A stretch of DNA of 64,000 nucleotides, taken from positions 12,524,001-12,588,000 of the forward strand of contig OZ231126.1 of assembly GCA_965153355.1 (NCBI GenBank). Direction: 5' to 3'. Below the pieces are notes generated by a model. It worked only from the letters and a program-made list of their open reading frames with translations, was not told the origin of the DNA and searched no databases. A program made the translations under genes and the position numbers. Shown here one piece after another: positions 43,200 to 60,422 of this stretch; position 1 is the first letter of the stretch, and the number at the start of each line of letters is the position of its first letter. Origin of the DNA: Flaccisagitta enflata (taxonomy: Eukaryota).

Positions 43200-43706
43200 C
43201 TTATAGAGTTGCGTGTCCGCAACTAAAAAGGGAGATTAGGGAATGAATGAAAGTGTGGAAGCGATAAATAAGTGAATTAGTGAATGAATGAATGAAAAAC
43301 AATTGTTCACGTAAATGGAAAGATGAATAAATAGTTGAGCAAATTAATGGATAAATATATAAAGAAGGAGTGGTTGGCACAATGAAATTGAATGTAACGG
43401 ATGGACGGACGGACATGTTCTCTGAATGCGTAAAAAATCAAGGCAACTAACTCGAACAAAGAAAGAATAAAAAAAAAAAATTATGGACAAAAAGATTGGA
43501 AAAAGAAGTTTATAATTAAGACGAAAAACAGTTTGACTTATATCAACTATGGAACGTTTCATAACGTCCGTGTCCAGAGACACGGGAATAGTTTTTTTGC
43601 AAGCGGGAATCCACGACCTTTTTTATTGTCGACGAGAACATTAAACGATCTTCTTTCACATTTTAAAGTGTTACTTATGAGGGCCTTACCACCTACTGCA
43701 ATTGAC

Positions 43707-43771
<65 letters not shown>

Positions 43772-44985
43772 GCAAAAGTGAGACAGAGACAGAAGAATCC
43801 ATTAATACTTTTTAGTCACGTGCACGCGACTCTAGTGGTTATGTCGGTTTGTTGATTGGTCCGTCACGCTTTACGCTTGCACATGTCTGGAAAATAAACT
43901 TTTGCACATTTTATGATCGCAGGGTAATATCAAAACTGATTTTGCTATCTTTAAAAATGGACAGTGAAACGTTTTCATTGATATATTTTGTTGGAAAACG
44001 GCCATGAGATTTCTTCTATGAAAAAAATTACCTGAAGTATCAGAAATTCTTTCAAAAAAGGTGCTGAAAAGGTGTTTCCACTACGTATAAAAACAGACAG
44101 GAATGCACGTACCTTAGGACATAATCCCTTCTGAGCTCCTGTCCTAGAAAAGATGGGAGAGGTGATGTGATGTTGAGACTATTTTTCCGTGAAAATAACC
44201 GTAATTTTGGTCGTTTCTCGTAAGATGGGTCGAAAGTCCACCTGAGATCGAGGCTATGAGCTGAGGATGAGGTTAAGGGCTGAGAATGAGCTTGAGAATG
44301 CCTTTTCCCTGTTCTTCTGCTTTCCTCTGACTCTTCAATCCTTTTTCCATGGAATGTGATGGCACTTTTCTCGCGTCGTCAGAAACGATTCATGTCAAAC
44401 GCTATTCCACTCTTTCTCTTTATTTTCGTACCTACTTAGTCAGCATGGGACAGGACTGTTCATAAAATAACCTTAATAATGCAATTCAGAATTGTCACAG
44501 CTACTTGATATCCATGAGCAAATTAAAGAGCTTCGAGTTTTCTTCAAAATGGCGCCAAGAACGAATTTTTTACTCAATTCGTTTAATTTCTATGTTACAA
44601 CAAACAAAAAACATGCTGATCCTGTAGTGAATTCTCAAATTCCTAACAACCTGTCTTCATCCCAATGCCATTTCTAAAGGGATAAAGTTAGGACAACCAG
44701 CAACGTCTCATTTGAAAGATCTTTTGAAAAGCTTCGAAATGGTCACCGATTTTTTACAGTTTTTCTCAATTTAAGGTATATAAAATTAGTTTTCCAAAAT
44801 CCGCCATTTTTTATTTCCCCAAGGTTAATGTCGGGCCTCCAGTGCGTCTTACGCTTATGCTCATCACACGTTTGCTCTCTACGCTTATTTGAATGCGTTT
44901 GAGGTTTTCAAGTTCATATTTCTAACAAGTACAGTCAAACCCACCCACCCACACGCACACACAGTCACACCTACACACACACATA

Positions 44986-45106
<121 letters not shown>

Positions 45107-45789
45107 AAACTCACAAGTGCGGATGCACTATCTTTCCCGAGAGAATTTGCTAATTGCGAATTGCTAATTTGCATAATGCAGTGTGTTACAAATGCTCTGG
45201 TCGCTAAAGCCATTGCACTGATTATTATAAAAAAAATTTATGAACATAAAGATTTACATCGTAATTGTAGGAAATGATATCATCCAATACAACCCCTCTC
45301 GCTTCCAGTTCATTTTGTTCGACTTTCGAACCTTCTTATAAGTGAATATATTGTTATTTTTTTATGATTATATATAGCAAATTAAATGTGAAATGGTGAT
45401 TTTTCAACTCCCACGTGACGTTTGCGTCGCATATCTTTTTAAACGGTTCGCGGATGCGAACTTGAAAATGACAGATACGCGCAAGACTACGCAATACACA
45501 AATACAGTTAAACCCTACAGAAACTCATGACAAGGGACAAAAAGACTTATCCAGTCATTTCCAGTGTAGATGAAATGAAAGGATCGAATGAATATAACCG
45601 TTACAGGCGGATTGGGTCCGTTATTACATGGTTTAACTGATTTAACAATGAGAGGGGAAAAGAGCTTTACTTGGGTGGTCATCTTGATCACGGGGGGGGG
45701 GGGTCGTCGGGGGGGGGGGTCGTTTCATAAACGTGGGTGGTCGTAATAGATAAGCTGAAGCAACTGACTTTAACGATGACCAATAGTCT

Positions 45790-45883
<94 letters not shown>

Positions 45884-46334
45884 CCGTCACAATGAATATA
45901 TATTTTCATTCAAATTTCACGGTGTTAACCTCCAGACTGACAACCCTAGTTAGAACTACACAGAAGCTGTAAAAGTCGAGATTGATATGTTAATGTATAT
46001 TCATGCGCGTATCTGACAAGGCGATCGGTGGAATAATTTGGCGTTAGATTTGACCGCATGGCACAGTCAGAGGAATGGAGGAGGAGGAGGAGGTGGAGGA
46101 GGAGCAATAGAAAGAGGAGCAATAGAAAGAGGGAGAAGACGAAGAAGGGGGAGGAAGAGGGAGAGACGCTACCATGGAATTGTCATTGCCCATTCAATTG
46201 GTTATTCCAACACGATGCAACGAAGAAGCGGAAGTGTTGAGAAGAGGGAGAAGAGGAGGAGGAAGACGAATGAAGTGGAAATACGAGAAGGGTGGTCCAT
46301 AGGGTTGGAGATTTCAATGACTTTGAGTGAACCC

Positions 46335-46380
<46 letters not shown>

Positions 46381-46834
46381 AAGGGTGACACGAGTATCAC
46401 TCGTTGCTAAAGTGGTGACCAATACGAATCAGATGAATTTCCTTTGTCTCTTTTTCTGCTATCTCCTTGTCCCGCTTCCTCTGTCCGTGTTTCTTCTGAT
46501 TCTCTGCCTCTCTGACTGTTGATGGCTGAAATGTCCGTCTACCACTTTGTGCCCATGTTTTTCTTTCGTTCAGTCTTACACTTTGTGTTCCTTATAATAT
46601 GTATGTCTGTTTGTATCAGAGTCCTTCCTTTCTGTCTCGATGTCTGTCTGTTTGTCTTCCTCTATGAGGGTCTATCTTTCAGTCAGTCTGTCTCTCTTTG
46701 TGTTTCTTTCTGTTCGTCCGGATGTCTCTTTATTTGTATGTCTTTGCCTGTCTATCGATCTGTCAAGTCTGTATGTCTGTCTCTCTTTCTCAGGCAACCA
46801 TTTAATCACGAAATTTGTGCCTAAGTTAAAATCA

Positions 46835-47319
46835 ATTCCACTGAAGCACGACGTCGTGCTTCAGTGGAATGAAGAATAACTGGTGCTCTTTGCAATTCCA
46901 GCTTCAGTGAAATTGGAAATAACTGATTTTGCCATTGTGGCAAAGATAGTCAAAGTAATCTTCATTCACTTTTTGAAGAAATCAACTCCTTTCTTTTTAC
47001 CTCTTACTTTTCTCTTCACCTAAGTAGACTTTTTAAATAAAGAGAATGTTGATTTCAAAAGCAAAATATTTTTGCACAATGGAAAATTAATGTGGGAAAC
47101 TCATTTTCCTTCATAAAGACATAAATTCATGTAATAGGAAAAATTTCAATAAGAGAAATAAAATAGTTTCTAATTGCACTGAAATAAGTTGTAGTGACCA
47201 ATTAAGAAAAAAATGGATTGACTTTTTATTCAATTGTAACTTCAAAAGAGGTCAGGAGACAATCCACTGAAGAAGGAATTTCAATTCCACTGAAACACAA
47301 AGTCGTGCTTCAGTGGAAT
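46835..47319. repeat. Two copies of a 36-bp palindrome, probably within a decayed MITE
   Basis: ATTCCACTGAAGCACGACGTCGTGCTTCAGTGGAAT (perfect, 46835-46870) and a 3-mismatch copy at 47284-47319. Confidence 0.75.
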
Positions 47320-47386
47320 GGGGCCTTGCTGGTCTCATTTCCAGCTCAAAGTTCGTGATTCAGTGACTAGCTCCTTTTTCTGTCTT

Positions 47387-47518
<132 letters not shown>

Positions 47519-47609
47519 CTTACATGACTGTTTTCAACTTTACCCCTTTCTTAAATCGTAAAATAAAGAGAAAAACAGAGGCCCTCTGGTATTCAGTTGT
47601 ACAATTCTT

Positions 47610-47851
47610 TAAAACAAGGCCGGATACACGGCTACCCCAGTCGCGTGCGGGTGGGCAGGGGCCGTAATTGAGGTCACCAGATCATTTGGGCAGGAGCAGT
47701 GAAGCCAAAAATCCCAAAAACCCAAATAAAGTAAAGTGTGACGGACGGACGGACCGATGGACGGACAGACGGACAGATGGACCGACGGACGGACCGACGG
47801 ACGGACCGACAAAGCGGGGTGTAGAGTCGCGTAGCACGCGACTAAAAAAAA
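47610..47851 (-). mobile_element. HINE family A copy
   Basis: AAACAAGGCCGGATACACGGC ... (GGAC)n ... AGTCGCGTAGCACGCGACTAAAA. Confidence 0.8.
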
Positions 47852-48590
47852 GAGCACTCTTAACCGGTTTATTACATAACAACACCCCAGATCACAAGAC
47901 CTCCAGATTTCACAAGCATAAGAACCTCGAATATACATCCAGGTCCTAAGATCAGACCACCAAGTTCGAAACATTGATTTTTATTGGTTTCAGCGTACAT
48001 TTTATACTCGGTTTTACGTTTCGTTATTCATTAAACAACGGAAGATAAAATAAAAACAGAAATACTCTGAATTCATTTCAGAACAGAGAGAAATCGAGTG
48101 GTTGTTCGAAAGATATCTTTCACGATATCCTTCACGACCCCCTCCCTATTCAACGCACTGTCGCCTAGACGCATAGACGCAAATGTATACGTGTACGTAT
48201 ATAGATGTATGTATTTTATCATTGATTGAAATTTTTAAACTACCGGAACAGCGCTGTATTTCTCCATCTTTACTGTAATGCTCTGATACCCTTCATTGTT
48301 GAATGTTGATACCATCACCTAGGAGCTTTTTTCATGCATAACCACTCTTCGCAGTATTTCTACTCCCTGTTACCACCATCCTCCTCTTTCACTCCACTCA
48401 CTCCCTTCTCTTCCTAGCGATAGAAAGATCAAAGACACACACACAAAAACACACACAAACACACACACACAAAGAGGTAGAGTCGTAACCGTCAGTTGTG
48501 CCGACAACTGTAATTTGTGTTATGATTTGACCACATGCTCTCCAAATGCAAACGCTGGGTGGTCCCAAAGGCCACCCATGGTTGAGAGAG

Positions 48591-48627
<37 letters not shown>

Positions 48628-49733
48628 AGGAAAAAGGCACAAATTGTTTATCATGGTGCGAGGAAGATGTGAAGGTATTGCTAGAAAAAGTACGCGGGTG
48701 AAACTCTAATTAGAAAGTGCAAACAATATCAAAATCCCCCCAAACATTGCCGCATTGTGTATTTGTATCTGATGTACTTACCAACGACCATTTTATGAGT
48801 CATGACTTTACATGGAATTGTGTTAAAGTTGTAAAGAACACAAATGCTTCGATGTCAACACGAATAAGAAAGGGCGAAACTATTGTCGTTTCCAAGCACC
48901 GGTTACTCACCCCCAATAAGACCGCGCAACAAACCTCTCGTCTCTAAGCGCAGTTTTCTCATCCCCAAGAAGACCGCGCTATGCACATCTCGTCTCTATG
49001 CGCAGTGTTCTCACCCGCAATCAGCCAAAACTAAAACTCTGATCAGACTTTTGTTTCCATTTTGTTTTGTTTTTTTCGGTTGACCATGTTTTAGGTGGCA
49101 ACAGATTTCAATATCAAGAACGGAATAGAAAATGTTTGCCTCTTTTGCCTTTTTGTCCCCTCGTTTATTTCCCACTAACTTTTCACCAACTTTGGATTGC
49201 CTACTTTCCTGATCCTAAACCTCATTTACTCAAATCCGTGTTGCTTCCTTAGCCACCATCATATAGTGAGATGTGATAGTTAGGTTTAGAATAGGCTGAC
49301 GGAGGCGGAAGCCCAAGTTTAACTCACCAGCACAACAACAACCACCACCACCACCACCACCACCACCACCACCACCACCACCACCACCACCACCACCACC
49401 ACCACCACCACCACCACCACCACCACCACCGCCACGCGCTCACCCGCCACCACCAACATCATCACCATTATCACCACTAACATCACCACATATGCAGTTG
49501 AACTCCGCTCTAAGAGACCCGCCAAAAGTAAAATTCCGCCGATGGCTGATGCAAATTCATGGCTCCTTGCACCTGTTTTTTTTTTTCTTCTTTCGTTTCC
49601 TATTTTGGCAATAACAGAAAAAAGGAAATTAGAAAAGAATCCCCATGCAATCTTCTTAGCTCATGACAGCCTCTTTATTGTCGCTTGCTTAATGACAGTA
49701 TGAGAGCATCTTCAAACTGCTCGTCTGCTCGCC

Positions 49734-49910
49734 TCCTCACGTCCAAATTGACGATTCCTCACCGCGCCGCACCGCGTCAAATGTCCTCATTTCCTGCGCA
49801 TCCTTTCACCACTGAGTCGAGTATCCTCACGTCCAAATTGACGATTCCTCACCGCGCCGCACCGCGTCAAATGTCCTCATTTCCTGCGCATCCTTTCACC
49901 ACCGAGTCGA
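49734..49910. repeat. Tandem duplication, 90-bp period, 2 copies
   Basis: TCCTCACGTCCAAATTGACG... starts at 49734 and 49824; near-identical. Confidence 0.9.
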
Positions 49911-50412
49911 CGTTGAGAATCCTCATCTCATCGACTTTATCGACAACGTATCGATGCTCGTTATCAACAACGTCTGTGTGGTCCATGCGCAGATTGCGCG
50001 TTTGCGACCCCTGCATTTGGATTGCTGTGTGTGGTCCATTCGTTACTGTTTTCCTGTGTGTGGTCCATGCCATTCCTCTCTCTCTCCATTCCATTCCATT
50101 CCATTGCTGCGCGATGTCCGTGCGTTATCGTTTTCCTGTGTGTGGTCCATGCGTTGGCGTTCCTGACCTTCCGATTCCTGTGTGGGGTCCATCCGTACAA
50201 TGCATTTGCGACTATAGCATATTATTGTTATTTGCCTGCTTAGCGACACATCTCTTTCTCATTCTCTCCCTCTCTTAGATTCCATCTCTTCTTCACTGTC
50301 ACATTTAAATACTTATATAAACGCATCAATTATCAAATGAAGACAAGAGAGATCCATTTCATCGATAGCATCCTAGCAATGGGCGATGACTGCTGAGCCG
50401 TTTGCGGTCACC

Positions 50413-50527
<115 letters not shown>

Positions 50528-51322
50528 TTGCGGGGGGTCCCTATGTCACCCTCGCCGCGGTCGTCCCGTTCTGATTGGGGGGTCCGCCGGTCCGGATGGT
50601 TATCACCCTAACCATCAACTATGATTGCGTCGGAAATGGCCGAGTCCCGCATTTGAAGGTCACCCCCAATTGACGAGAGGGTGACTTTGGTTTGGAAAGG
50701 GGATGACCCACGTTTGGGGGGTCCCGATGGTCGCAGAACCAAAAGTCATTTCACGCCTTCGTGGAGAAGAGATAGGTTTGAATGATAAGCGGAAGTGACG
50801 GAGAGAGAGAGAGAGTGACAGACAGACAGTGACAGACAGACAGAGATACAGACACAGACAGACTGAGTCATAGATAAGGGAAGAGAGACCATCAAACATA
50901 GCCGAAAATCAAACCTGAAATAGAAAACTATATTCAGATATTAAGAGTCGGTAAGATTACGGGGAAACCCGGATATTCTATCTGTGAATTTGATTTAAAA
51001 TGGATCTTTGCTTGGTTAAATGTTGAATAAATAAGTTTGTGTTCACGTGTCTTGCAGAAAAAAGGTGAGGGTGACGGCGACGGTGACGGTGACGGTGACG
51101 GTGACGGTGACGGTGACGGTGACGGTGACGGTGACGGTGATGATGACGGTGACGGTGACGGTGACGGTGATGATGACGGCGACGACGGAAACGATGACTT
51201 TTTCATGGACGATGATGACGATGAAGAATGACTTTTGCCAGCCTTTGTTTCTACGCCACGTGTGCGCCAACAACGGTCAACGCCATCTATATGCTCTACC
51301 GACTATCGCCATGTTACTGCAA

Positions 51323-51429
<107 letters not shown>

Positions 51430-51431
51430 AG

Positions 51432-51464
<33 letters not shown>

Positions 51465-51644
51465 CCATATATGAATTGTGAAGAAAAATCCTTCAGTTAT
51501 CAAGTGGTAAAGAACATCAAGAGGTAATCCCTGGTGGTTAATAAGAAATACCCTAACAGTTAAGCTAACACCTCGATGATGGATCAATGCGGAACGAGTT
51601 ATGAACACGGAACCAACAAGAAAAGGACAAAATATTAAAGAGTT

Positions 51645-51759
<115 letters not shown>

Positions 51760-51821
51760 TTCGTTGTCATGGGTTCCCAGTGCCCTGATATTGCGTTGGT
51801 GGTCCAAATGTTCAGCGCCGC

Positions 51822-51920
<99 letters not shown>

Positions 51921-53051
51921 TTGTTGTTGTTGTGGTTGTTGTGGTTGTTGTTGTTTGCCGCTTTGTTGTTGTTAATGTTGATGCTGATCTCACAATTCCA
52001 AGTATGCAATGGTCTGAGCTTTTCGTTTCTACTCAAAACTTAGACGTAAGTTTCTGTGATCATATTCATTCACTGAAATCGCATCAATCTCTCTTTCAAG
52101 GAATCTCTTTTTTTGTATTCCACAGAATTGACTTTTCTCATAACAAGGGCTGTTGAATAAACAAGCCTTACCGGGCAACGATGCGTCCGGACTGTGCCTC
52201 CGCATGTGAGCGATAACCATGTGACATATAAGGAGAGGAAAATGGACGAACAGACAGATGGAACAGCAGAGTAGCAAAGGAGGTTTTTAAAACATATTTG
52301 TCGATCAATTCAATCAGTATAAAGGATCAAACCGTGGCCAAAAAATCCGGAAAACGCGGTTTTTGCACGGGCGTAACAGACAGACGGATCAACGGATAAA
52401 TCGACAGACGGACAGACCTTCTGTTAGAGATGCCTTCCTGACGGACGCATCTTAAAAGAAAAAAAACATTCTATTGAGTGCCTATTGAAAAAACGAGACT
52501 TTCTACAGCTAAATTTTCACACAACGTTAACATATCGCCAATAGAGTATCTCCATACTAACTGGAAGGAATCTTTATGTCACAAATAGACTCTAGTAAGC
52601 AAATCTTTCTTAACGAGACATGTTTGGGTTGAGTTGGTGTGAGCAGAAGTTGCCCTTTGCATGTTACGCATTCAAACCAATCTGACTCGAAATGGAGAGT
52701 AGGTTTATGTTTGAATAAGAGAGATAGAGAGAGAGAGAGACTTAAAAGATAAAGGGATGATCTTGCTCCATCCTCATCATCCTCATCATGCCATCCATCT
52801 CCGCTAGAGGCAGCACCAGTGCCTCATGGCATCGAATTCATGGGAAGGAAAAGGAGACTTAAAACAAAAGACTTCGGAGATTCTCTTTTTTTTAACGATA
52901 TTGTTTTGTGTAATAGAGGCAATCGTGTTCATATTTTCCAGTATCTGGCGTTCGTGACAGAATCTCTTGGACGGTATGGTCTTGGTGCTATGGACTTTCA
53001 TTCACTATGTTATCTATCAGGAGTTGTATCTTACTATAGGTAGTTCAGTGC

Positions 53052-53715
53052 ACAAGGCCGGCTACATGGCTACCTAAGTCACTAGCGGGTGGGAAGGGGT
53101 AGTGATAGAGAAGGTCACTTAGGCATTTGGGCAGGGCGGTGAGGTCAAAAGGCTAAAAAAAGCCGAAAAATAAAATGGGGACCGACCAGCCGACTGATCT
53201 ACCGACGGACAGACATAGCGGGCGGTAGAGTCACGTAGAATGCGGCCAAAGACGGATGTTTTCCTTTTAAATTTTTGTATCATGTGCTCAATTCATCATT
53301 CTTCCCTGGCCCTGATGATGAATCAAGCACGTAAAATAAACGAAAAAAAATAAGGCCGGATACACGGCTACCGAAGTCGCGTGCGGGTGGACAGGGGCCA
53401 TATTTGAGGTCACTAGACCATTTCGGCAGTAGCTGTGGGGTAAAAAAAAATCATAAAAAAAGTAAAACGTGACCGACCAACCGACCGACCGACCGACCGA
53501 CCGACGGACAAAGCGGGTAGTAGAGTCGCGTGCACGCGACCGAAAAAAAAGCTCGTCTTCAGTCATGTGTCACACGACTCTAAAACCTGCTTTTTCGGTC
53601 CGACCATCCACCCGTCGATTGGTTGCTACGTCACATTTTACTTTTTTTATGTTTTTTTTTTGCGGTCCCTGCCCACCCGCACGCGACATAGGTACCACTG
53701 TATCCAGCCTAGTTC
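53052..53715. mobile_element. Cluster of three HINE family A copies (two minus, one plus)
   Basis: Family A end motifs at about 53052-53250, 53343-53550 and 53560-53715. Confidence 0.7.
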
Positions 53716-55810
53716 TTATACACTGTATTGCCCATCTAATCGTCTGGTACAACTGCCTCATGTGCTAAAGATGTCGTTCAAAAGAAACTATGTTATCTGA
53801 TCTTATAAGTTAAATGGCGCTCATGATTCATGAAGATCAAGCCCGAGCGGACGTTGATAGATGCACGATAAGATGATTAATTAGCCATATTAAAAGGATG
53901 CTAATTTGCATATTGCAGTGTAATCATTTCCTTTCCTTTCTCAGGTAATGACACAGTTTTGCTCCAGTTTTGCTCTACGCGCGGTCCTTAATTCAAGTAT
54001 TTCCGATGTGCTTTTCATATCCGTTTTTTCAAAGGCGTCAGGATGATGAAAGTGAGTGAAAAAATGCTCAGCAGACTCATTCTAGACTATTTCCGAGTAT
54101 CGTCATGCGCGCAAGAAACCCTGACTCTCCACCATTGTAGAAGTGTCACCGCTGCCTCTGCTGAATTGCATGAGGTCACAAAGGTTGGGTGACATACCCA
54201 ACTATCTGGTGCGCCATACCAAACCAATTTTTGCCGCACCGACTGACCCTAGGGGCTCCAAAATGGGGGTATAAGAGTCTATTTTGGCCTGTCCCGATTC
54301 TGTCCCTGCAAGCAAAATGCAAGTAAAACCAATCAAAAAATGTCAAAGGGGATCAGCCCATAGTTTGTAAGCAATCACTATCAATCCATTGATATGTGTA
54401 AAAAGTTTTAACTCAATATTTCAACTCTAAGATGACAAAAAATAACTTTAAAGTATATTACTCTCTCCCTTCATTTTTCTGTCATTTTTTACTAAATATG
54501 AAGTAGGTACACAGTTTTTTTTGTATGCCTATCATTATTAAGACATTAAGCATTTTTTCTCTTACCTTTACCTTAATGGCTAGTTGAAGGAGATTTCCTC
54601 CAATTTTCAAGGATTTTCTCCTTTTCATTTCAAAGAAATCAGATTTTTCCTGGAGCGTTACAATTCAGAGGAGCTCCTCCTTGTAGCTGTCACACTTGTG
54701 TCACACTATGATTCATACAAGGTCACAGCATAGTAAGGTGATTGACAGAAAATTCATCTACATGATGGGAAAGAGGGCCAAATTCTGTACTTGCAGTAAA
54801 ATTCCAAAGTTAATCACTACAAAAACAAGAACTGAATTGTAAGGCTCGCCGACCAAGCCTCGTAGTCAATTCTTTGTTTCTCACACAAATGCGCGATGCT
54901 TTTGTGTCTTAATTTGGTAAAATTTCTTAAAATTAAAATTGGCATATTTCTTGAACGATTAGAGCTAGCCCATTGAAATTTTGCACGGTTGATACCCACA
55001 ACAAAAGGGTCCTTTGCCTAAATTCTGATGCGACCTAAAGAATGTTGAACAGTCCAACCAGACCAACCAGCCTACTAGATGAAAAAATGAAAAAATGTCA
55101 TAACTTCTAAAATACTTGTCCGATCTGGTTGAAATTTTGCATGAAGCTTCCTTTAAAGATTCCTCGTCACTGGCTAGGAGAAAAGCTTGGGTAAAAAAAA
55201 AATTTCTCCAACTGCCCACACAGCCAGAAATGGTACTTATAGAGATTTTTTTTAAAAACTCAAAAATTTTGAAAAATTTTCAGAAACATGATCACACATG
55301 ATTGCTTGAACGTTATCAATAAGACTTTCACTGTCATATTGATTTCTTTACTGTATTTAGCTAAATTTCTTAGTAATAAAACTGCCAATAATATCTTTTT
55401 AAGCCTAATTTGCATAAAAAATGAGCTTGGATAAGAAAATCCAAGTATGGATTCTTATGTACTATTAGGTAAGCTACATGACAATCTATGGTTTTGTTTG
55501 ATTTTCAAACATGTAAAATTGACGAATTCCACCCCGTCCACGATTGACTTATCATGACATTAGTCTCTAAGTTATGTTGACGATTATCTATTTGCACAAA
55601 CAATCTTGATATAATAGTAAGATAAATACATGGAACAATAGATAGATCTCACATTTTTTAAAAGGTGGGGGAGCTACCCCGCCTCACCAACCTGGCGCCG
55701 TGACCCGTGTCTGTCCATCTCGCTCTATAGACCGTCTGTATTTATCTGTCTCTGCCTGTCGGTCTGTCTCCCCGTCTGTCTCTGTCTCTGTCTTTCTCTG
55801 TCTGTCTCCG

Positions 55811-55904
<94 letters not shown>

Positions 55905-56071
55905 TCCAAGCCTCCATCTCTCCTGAAATGGTTTTAGAGCCACATCACTTCATCCAGACTCAATCTCATGAATTGTGAGACCCTAAAAGCTTTGAATGAA
56001 TTATTCAAAGATTTTCATTGCTTTTGATTATTTTCAGTTTCATCTCACACACTCCTTCTTTCCTCCTCCTC

Positions 56072-56164
<93 letters not shown>

Positions 56165-56506
56165 TTCCTGTCATTTTCTATACGTCTTTCAAAGAAAGCT
56201 AGTGAGTGTCACTTAGTGTCTTTTCATTTTCGTGCCCGCCCTTGTTAGTATCCTTCTTTTTGCGTGCCCTTGCGACTGAGCGTGTGATTTGCATGCAGCA
56301 GTTCCTGTCTTTAGTCTTTTACGTGTGTTCATTGGTGTTGCATTCCCCTGTGTATGTTTTCATAATTTCAGTCACGGACTCTTAGCCCTTATCAGTGGGT
56401 CTGTCGGTCAGTCAGGTCACCTACAGAGTTCCATTTTCCCCAGACCAACCGTCAGAGACTATTCGGTTAATCCTAGTTTTACACAAGGTTGATTCTCTCT
56501 GCCATT

Positions 56507-56730
56507 TTGTTATTGTTATTGTTATTGTTATTGTTATTGTTATTGTTATTGTTATTGTTATTGTTATTGTTATTGTTATTGTTATTATTGTTATTGTTAT
56601 TGTTATTGTTATTGTTATTGTTATTGTTATTGTTATTGTTATTGTATATAGTTATTGTTATGGTTTTTGTTTTTGTTATTGTTATTGTTATTGTTTTTAC
56701 TATTGTCATTGTTATTGTTATTGTTATGGC
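56507..56730. repeat. (TTATTG)n microsatellite
   Basis: Direct reading. Confidence 0.95.
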
Positions 56731-57169
56731 CTGTTGTGACGGTGCTTTAGTAAAAAACATACTACAAAGTAATGGATTGACATTCAATTCCAATGGGGTG
56801 ACTGGCCAGTGGCCAATACCTGTAGAAACTATTCCTTTCTAAAACTACACAGCTGTACTATGGAGCTAAAACAAAATGAGAGAAAACGCGCGAAAAATAA
56901 AAATAAACAAGGTAAACAAACCCAAAACAAGCTTGGAGGTGACGACCTGTCAACGACCTGTCGGCGACCTGTCGCCGCCTTGTCGGCGGCCTAGATGTGG
57001 CCTGTCGGCAGCCTGGATGCGGCCTAGATGCGGCCTGTCGGCAGATTGGGTCAGAGCAAAAAAAGTGGCGCGAAAAGGTGAAATAGAAATCTCTCACCAT
57101 CGCGCTTTGGCCGGTCTGTCGGCTGATCGGTCTTTCGGCCGATGTGATGGAGATACACAAGGATGAGCT

Positions 57170-57236
<67 letters not shown>

Positions 57237-57600
57237 TGACTTAAAAAGTACCAAAAAAATTTTACAGAAAGAGTGATTTTGTAGATTTTCGAATTATCTT
57301 TCATTCTAGACCAATCCCAGATCTGTATCTTTAACGGTTTAGGAGCTAGAGCTCTTTAAAGTGAGACACCATTTTGCTGAATTGCATCTTTTTCAAAGGG
57401 ACTGCAAAAACAAATTTGGCAACATTTTTACTCAAACTAATGCCATTTCTAAACGAAAAAAGATAGAGATACCAGATTGGCGCCAAATGAAAGAGTTTTT
57501 CAAGGGCTTCAAAATGGTCTAAGATTTTAGTTAGTTTTTTTGATTTTCAATGGCGCAATCAATCATTCAAAAGTGCGTCTTTTTTTTTAATTCATATAGT

Positions 57601-57638
<38 letters not shown>

Positions 57639-57749
57639 TGAAAAGAAGCGGTATGGAGCGGTATGATGACCGATCTCAAGGCCACATTGGTTGTCAATGC
57701 TGTCGGCTGTGGGCATCATGCTCGCCAAATGCGACCGAAAAAAAAGTAG

Positions 57750-58020
57750 ATGACAGCGCCGAGGTAACTGTCAGCTGTCAGCGCCAAGATAGCTGTCACT
57801 GCTAACATAGCTGTCAGCGCCAATATAGCCGTTAATGTCAAATTAGATGTCAGCGCCAAGATGGTTGTCAGTGTCAAGATAGCTGTCAGCGCCAAGATAG
57901 CTGTCAGCGCCAAGATCGCTGTCCATACCAAGATTCCTGTCAGTACTAAGATTGCTGTCAGCGCCAAATTTTCTGCGCCAAGATAGCTGTCAGCGCTAAA
58001 ATGAATTTCAGCGCCAAAAT
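57750..58020. repeat. 18-bp minisatellite GCTGTCAGCGCCAAGATA
   Basis: About 14 diverged tandem units. Confidence 0.85.
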
Positions 58021-58578
58021 GACTTTCACTGCGGTGCAAAGATGGCTATCAGCAACTGAATGACTGTCGGTAGTGATGGCTGATTGGCTGTCACTACAAA
58101 AATGGCTAACAGCGCTGAAATGTCACGATAGAACTATCACTGCAAAGAATGGATGCGGAAGCGATCGATTTTCATGCCGTTTTCACAGTTTGATCGCTGC
58201 TGTTGCCGTATCGTACATGACATGACAAAGTAATGACAAGTTGATGAGGAGATGCTATCAAAATCGTCACAGGCTTACTATGACAAGACGTTGAACACAA
58301 GCTAATGATGAAGTATTTAAGGACTCTGTGACTGAACTGTCTTCACCCCCTTTTTCTCCCCCCCCCCCCGTTTCCCTCATCTTTTGTGACTTTTGTTTTG
58401 TTGGTTGCAGTTTTTCGCCTTCGTAGCATTTTGTTTTCTTGTGTTTACTGCTGGCGACCGCCACAAGGACGACCTCTACCGATTTGCCGACAAAACAGTC
58501 AACAAAAACATCAATTCTGCCTTTACTTTCTTTCTTTCTTTCCTTCTTTTTTTCTTTCTCTCTTTCTATTTCTTTCTC

Positions 58579-58658
<80 letters not shown>

Positions 58659-58690
58659 TTTTTCTTTCTCGCTTTCTTTCTTTTTTTCTT

Positions 58691-58770
<80 letters not shown>

Positions 58771-59110
58771 TTTTTTACCCCCTCCGCGAAAATCGTTGTG
58801 TGCCAATTGCCCATTTTTCTTTGTCTCTGCTTAGTCTCTTTCCCTTTATTTCTCCGCATCTTTTACTGTTTCTGATTTTCTTCTGCCGGTCTGTTTTGTA
58901 AGTCAATTTCTGTATAAATTCCTGAATTGTTTAAACGCATATTGCCATGCTGCTCGCCATGCTAGCACTTTCTTTGCCTCTGTGTGTGTGCGTGTGTCGG
59001 TAACTCGGTATGCGTCTGCCGCTTCTACCTGTCTGCTTGTCTGTCTATCTTCCTGTCTGTCTGTATGTCTGTCTCTGTCTCTGTCTGTCAGTCTGTCTCT
59101 CTGTCTCTCT

Positions 59111-60422
<1,312 letters not shown>

